From IMG/VR virus record IMGVR_UViG_3300032307_000505, positions 1 through 18,785 of that record: 18,785 bases of DNA; one strand, 5' to 3'. Position numbers and translations under genes: made by a program. Source of the stretch: a virus. Lineage: Duplodnaviria; Heunggongvirae; Uroviricota; Caudoviricetes. Under the pieces are notes generated by a model. That model saw nothing but the letters and a program-made list of their open reading frames with translations. It did no database searches and was not told the origin of the DNA. How positions within the stretch are numbered: the stretch's first letter is position 1; each line of letters starts with the position of its first letter. Positions 16,614 to 18,785 of the stretch are shown piece by piece.

Positions 16614-16636
16614 AACCCCACCTATTAAGATGGGGT
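16606..16636 (-). terminator. Rho-independent terminator of the 16657-17133 gene
   Basis: Minus-strand RNA ACCCCAUCU-UAAU-AGGUGGGGU followed by UUUAUUUUU. Confidence 0.85.
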
Positions 16637-16656
16637 AGAGATTATATTATTATGTC

Positions 16657-17133
16657 TTACCTTGTTCTTGATAAAATATTTTTTATTGGGTTCATAAACA
16701 TTAATTCTAAATTTGTTGTTGAATCTACTTTGTACTTTAATTCCCCTGACAAAGCCTCACAAAAATCTTCATCACCTCCATAGTAATCACCGTAGTATTT
16801 TATCATAGTACAGATGTCTTCAGCACTTGTAAGATTTTTTTCAAGTGCCATACCAGCTTTACTTCCTGAACTTTTTTTATTCTCCCCACCACCAAAATTA
16901 CTGAGTGGATTTTCCCCTCCATAAATAGCTTGTTGAAATTCACTAGCTGCTTTTCGTGCTCTTGGATTGTTTGTATCTAAATTAGTTTGTTTTGAACAAA
17001 TACTACAAACACTTTTATAATTCCCAACCGATTTAAGTAAAAGATTTTTTAAGTTGTTATTGGCTTGTTCTTTAATCACTCTTCTAACCAATCTTGTTAA
17101 ATCAGATTCGGTTAATCTTATTATTTTTCCCAT
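16657..17133 (-). CDS. Hypothetical protein with the N-terminal tag MGKIIRLTESDLTRLVRRVIKEQ
   Basis: Stand-alone unit with its own TATTTATA motif and terminator. Confidence 0.85.
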   Translation of the reverse strand: MGKIIRLTESDLTRLVRRVIKEQANNNLKNLLLKSVGNYKSVCSICSKQTNLDTNNPRARKAASEFQQAIYGGENPLSNFGGGENKKSSGSKAGMALEKNLTSAEDICTMIKYYGDYYGGDEDFCEALSGELKYKVDSTTNLELMFMNPIKNILSRTR

Positions 17134-17149
17134 ATTAATTTTATTTTAT

Positions 17150-17158
17150 TATAAATAT
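17150..17158 (-). promoter_or_regulatory. ATATTTATA motif upstream of the RLTESDL-tag gene
   Basis: Plus strand tataaatat, about 17 nt from ATG 17133. Confidence 0.6.
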
Positions 17159-17180
17159 ACCATACCACCCAAAAATTATT

Positions 17181-17213
17181 AAAATAAAAAACCCCACCTA
17201 TTGGGCGGGGTTT
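17181..17213 (-). terminator. Rho-independent terminator of the UVR-motif gene
   Basis: Minus-strand RNA AAACCCCGCC-CAAUA-GGUGGGGUUU followed by UUUAUUUU. Confidence 0.85.
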
Positions 17214-17217
17214 CTTT

Positions 17218-17595
17218 TTACTTTCTTAATTCTTTCAACTCGTCACGAATTTCAATCGACCTTTCAAAGTTGTGTTCCTTAATTGATTGTTTCAATTCTT
17301 CTTCAAGTTTATTAATCATGTCTTGATTAGACTCCAATTTTTTAATTTGGTCTCTAATTTCAACCGCTTTTTCAAAGTCTTCATTTTCGATTGCCAACTC
17401 AAGTTGTCGTTTTAAACCATTTGCACCTTTAGGTGTCTTTGGTTCATTACTTCTATAATAAGTAGTAACTTTCATAGTACCATCTTCAGATACTTTAGTT
17501 TGTGATTTCCATTCTCCTAAACGAGAATCGAACTGAGCGAACATATCATCAAACGCTCTTAAAATGTCATTAAAGTTTTTTTCGTTTCCAAACAT
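17218..17595 (-). CDS. Protein with two tandem UVR (UvrB/UvrC) coiled-coil motifs
   Basis: LKRQLELAIENEDFEKAVEIRDQIKKL and LEEELKQSIKEHNFERSIEIRDELKEL both match L..A...E.FE.A..IRD.I. Confidence 0.88.
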   Translation of the reverse strand: MFGNEKNFNDILRAFDDMFAQFDSRLGEWKSQTKVSEDGTMKVTTYYRSNEPKTPKGANGLKRQLELAIENEDFEKAVEIRDQIKKLESNQDMINKLEEELKQSIKEHNFERSIEIRDELKELRK

Positions 17596-17626
17596 AATTT
17601 TATTTTTTTATTCAGATTTATTTTTA

Positions 17627-17634
17627 TACCTTTG
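17627..17634 (+). promoter_or_regulatory. Possible Bacteroidota-type -7 element TACCTTTG facing the ClpC-like gene
   Basis: Exact TAnnTTTG match, but no clear -33 TTTG at the expected spacing. Confidence 0.3.
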
Positions 17635-17644
17635 TCGTATTCAA

Positions 17645-17673
17645 ATAATATACCATTCGAATAAATATGTCAA
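17645..17673 (-). promoter_or_regulatory. Housekeeping-sigma-type promoter TTGACA-N17-TATTAT for the UVR gene, with an ATATTTAT motif inside its spacer (17661-17668)
   Basis: -35 at 17673-17668, 17-nt spacer, -10 at 17650-17645. Confidence 0.55.
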
Positions 17674-17710
17674 TATGTCAGGTTAAAAAAAAATTTACTG
17701 ACAATTTGTC
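17668..17710. promoter_or_regulatory. Operator-like TGTCA/TGACA cluster between the divergent UVR and ClpC-like genes
   Basis: TGTCAataTGTCAG-N16-CTGACAattTGTC, with a perfect inverted core TGTCAG (17676-81) / CTGACA (17698-703). Confidence 0.45.
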
Positions 17711-17768
17711 GAAAAATTAGGATAAGAATAAAATTTGATGGACCTTTGTAAAATAAAATTAGAAAACT

Positions 17769-18785
17769 ATGAACGACTTAATGGACGACAACGAAAAATC
17801 AGGTAACAAAGCACAAAAACAAGCTATGGACACAAACACTCCTGTATTGGACAACTTCAGTAGAGACTTAAATAAACTAGCTGAGGCGGGTAAATTAGAC
17901 CCTGTAATTGGTAGAGATGCTGAGATTTTGAGAATCGCACAAATCCTTTCTCGTAGAAAAAAGAATAACCCTATTATCATAGGTGAACCCGGGTGTGGTA
18001 AAACCGCACTTGTTGAAGGTCTTGCTATGAAAATTGTAAGTGGAGAATGTCCAAGAAACTTAGTGGACAAAAGAATCGTAAACCTTGACTTAACTTCAGT
18101 TGTTGCAGGTACAAAGTATCGTGGACAATTCGAGGAAAGAATGAAAGTCATTATCGAAGAACTAAGTGCTAATCCAAACATTATTGTGTTTATCGATGAG
18201 ATTCACACATTAGTTGGTTCAGGTAATTCATCAGGTTCAATGGATGGTTCAAACATCTTCAAACCAGCACTTGCTCGTGGAGAGGTTCAATGTATTGGGG
18301 CAACAACTCTTGATGAGTTCCGTAAAAACATTGAAAAAGATGGAGCATTGGAACGTAGATTTCAAAAAGTAGTGGTAGAACCATCAACCGTAGAAGAAAC
18401 AATCCAAATCCTTAAAAATGTTCGTGATAAATACGAATCATACCACAAGGTATTGTATAGTGACGAAGTTGTTGAAACTTGTGTTAAGTTGGCAGACCGT
18501 TATATTACAGACCGTGAGTTCCCGGATAAAGCATTTGACATTTTAGATGAGGTTGGGGCTCGTATGCAAACTGAAATTAAAGTTCCTGAAGTAATTGAGG
18601 AATTAAAAAAGAAAGCCTCTGAGATTAAGATTGAGAAAATGGAAGTGGTAAAGAAACAAAACTACGAACAAGCTGCTCAACTTAGAGATAAGGAGAAAAA
18701 GTTATTGGTTAAACTTGAGGCTGAGAAAGAGAAGTTTGCAAAACAAATGGATTTAGAGAAACAAACAATCGCTCTTAATACCGTT
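17769..18785 (+). CDS. clpC: ClpC-like AAA+ chaperone/unfoldase lacking the N-terminal Clp-repeat domain (3' end runs off the right edge)
   Basis: Not in the ORF track. Hand translation: MNDLMDDNEK...TPVLDNFSRDLNKLA..GKLDPVIGRD.EI.RI.QILSRRKKNNPIIIGEPGCGKT (Walker A)...IVFIDEIHTLVG (Walker B)...GATTLDEFR..IEKDGALERRFQ...DR.FPDKAFDILDE, then a short UVR-type M-domain (KQNYEQAAQLRDKEK). In-frame TAG at 17760-62. Confidence 0.92.
   Translation, partial: MNDLMDDNEKSGNKAQKQAMDTNTPVLDNFSRDLNKLAEAGKLDPVIGRDAEILRIAQILSRRKKNNPIIIGEPGCGKTALVEGLAMKIVSGECPRNLVDKRIVNLDLTSVVAGTKYRGQFEERMKVIIEELSANPNIIVFIDEIHTLVGSGNSSGSMDGSNIFKPALARGEVQCIGATTLDEFRKNIEKDGALERRFQKVVVEPSTVEETIQILKNVRDKYESYHKVLYSDEVVETCVKLADRYITDREFPDKAFDILDEVGARMQTEIKVPEVIEELKKKASEIKIEKMEVVKKQNYEQAAQLRDKEKKLLVKLEAEKEKFAKQMDLEKQTIALNTV

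Noticed and set aside
17759-18181. Minus-strand 140-aa ORF
   Set aside because: Antisense shadow of the clpC-like gene.
18550-18785. ClpB instead of ClpC
   Set aside because: The region after NBD1 is a short UVR-type coiled coil rather than the long ClpB M-domain. NBD2 and the ClpP loop lie outside the window, so the call is not final.

Overview
AT-rich phage DNA, standard genetic code, most likely a large T4-like (jumbo-type) tailed phage. Bases 1-14.0 kb form a minus-strand head-assembly and packaging module. In transcription order it holds a Thr/Pro-repeat protein, four uncharacterised proteins, terminase large subunit (gp17-like), portal (gp20-like), two hypothetical genes, prohead protease (gp21-like), a DUF4494-like small protein, an acidic scaffold (gp22 position) and the major capsid protein (gp23-like, cut by the left edge). 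The right part is accessory: a Pol-beta-type nucleotidyltransferase next to a KTSC-domain gene, an inverted Asp/Asn beta-hydroxylase plus sulfotransferase pair, a gene with an 'RLTESDL' N-terminal tag flanked by two related terminators, and a divergent pair of a two-UVR-motif protein and a ClpC-like AAA+ ATPase lacking the N-terminal Clp-repeat domain (cut by the right edge). A TATTTAT motif lies upstream of nine minus-strand genes and is a candidate late promoter. Lack of Shine-Dalgarno sites hints at a Bacteroidota host (inference). No tRNA, CRISPR array or mobile element was seen. All family assignments come from motif recognition by eye, with no database search.
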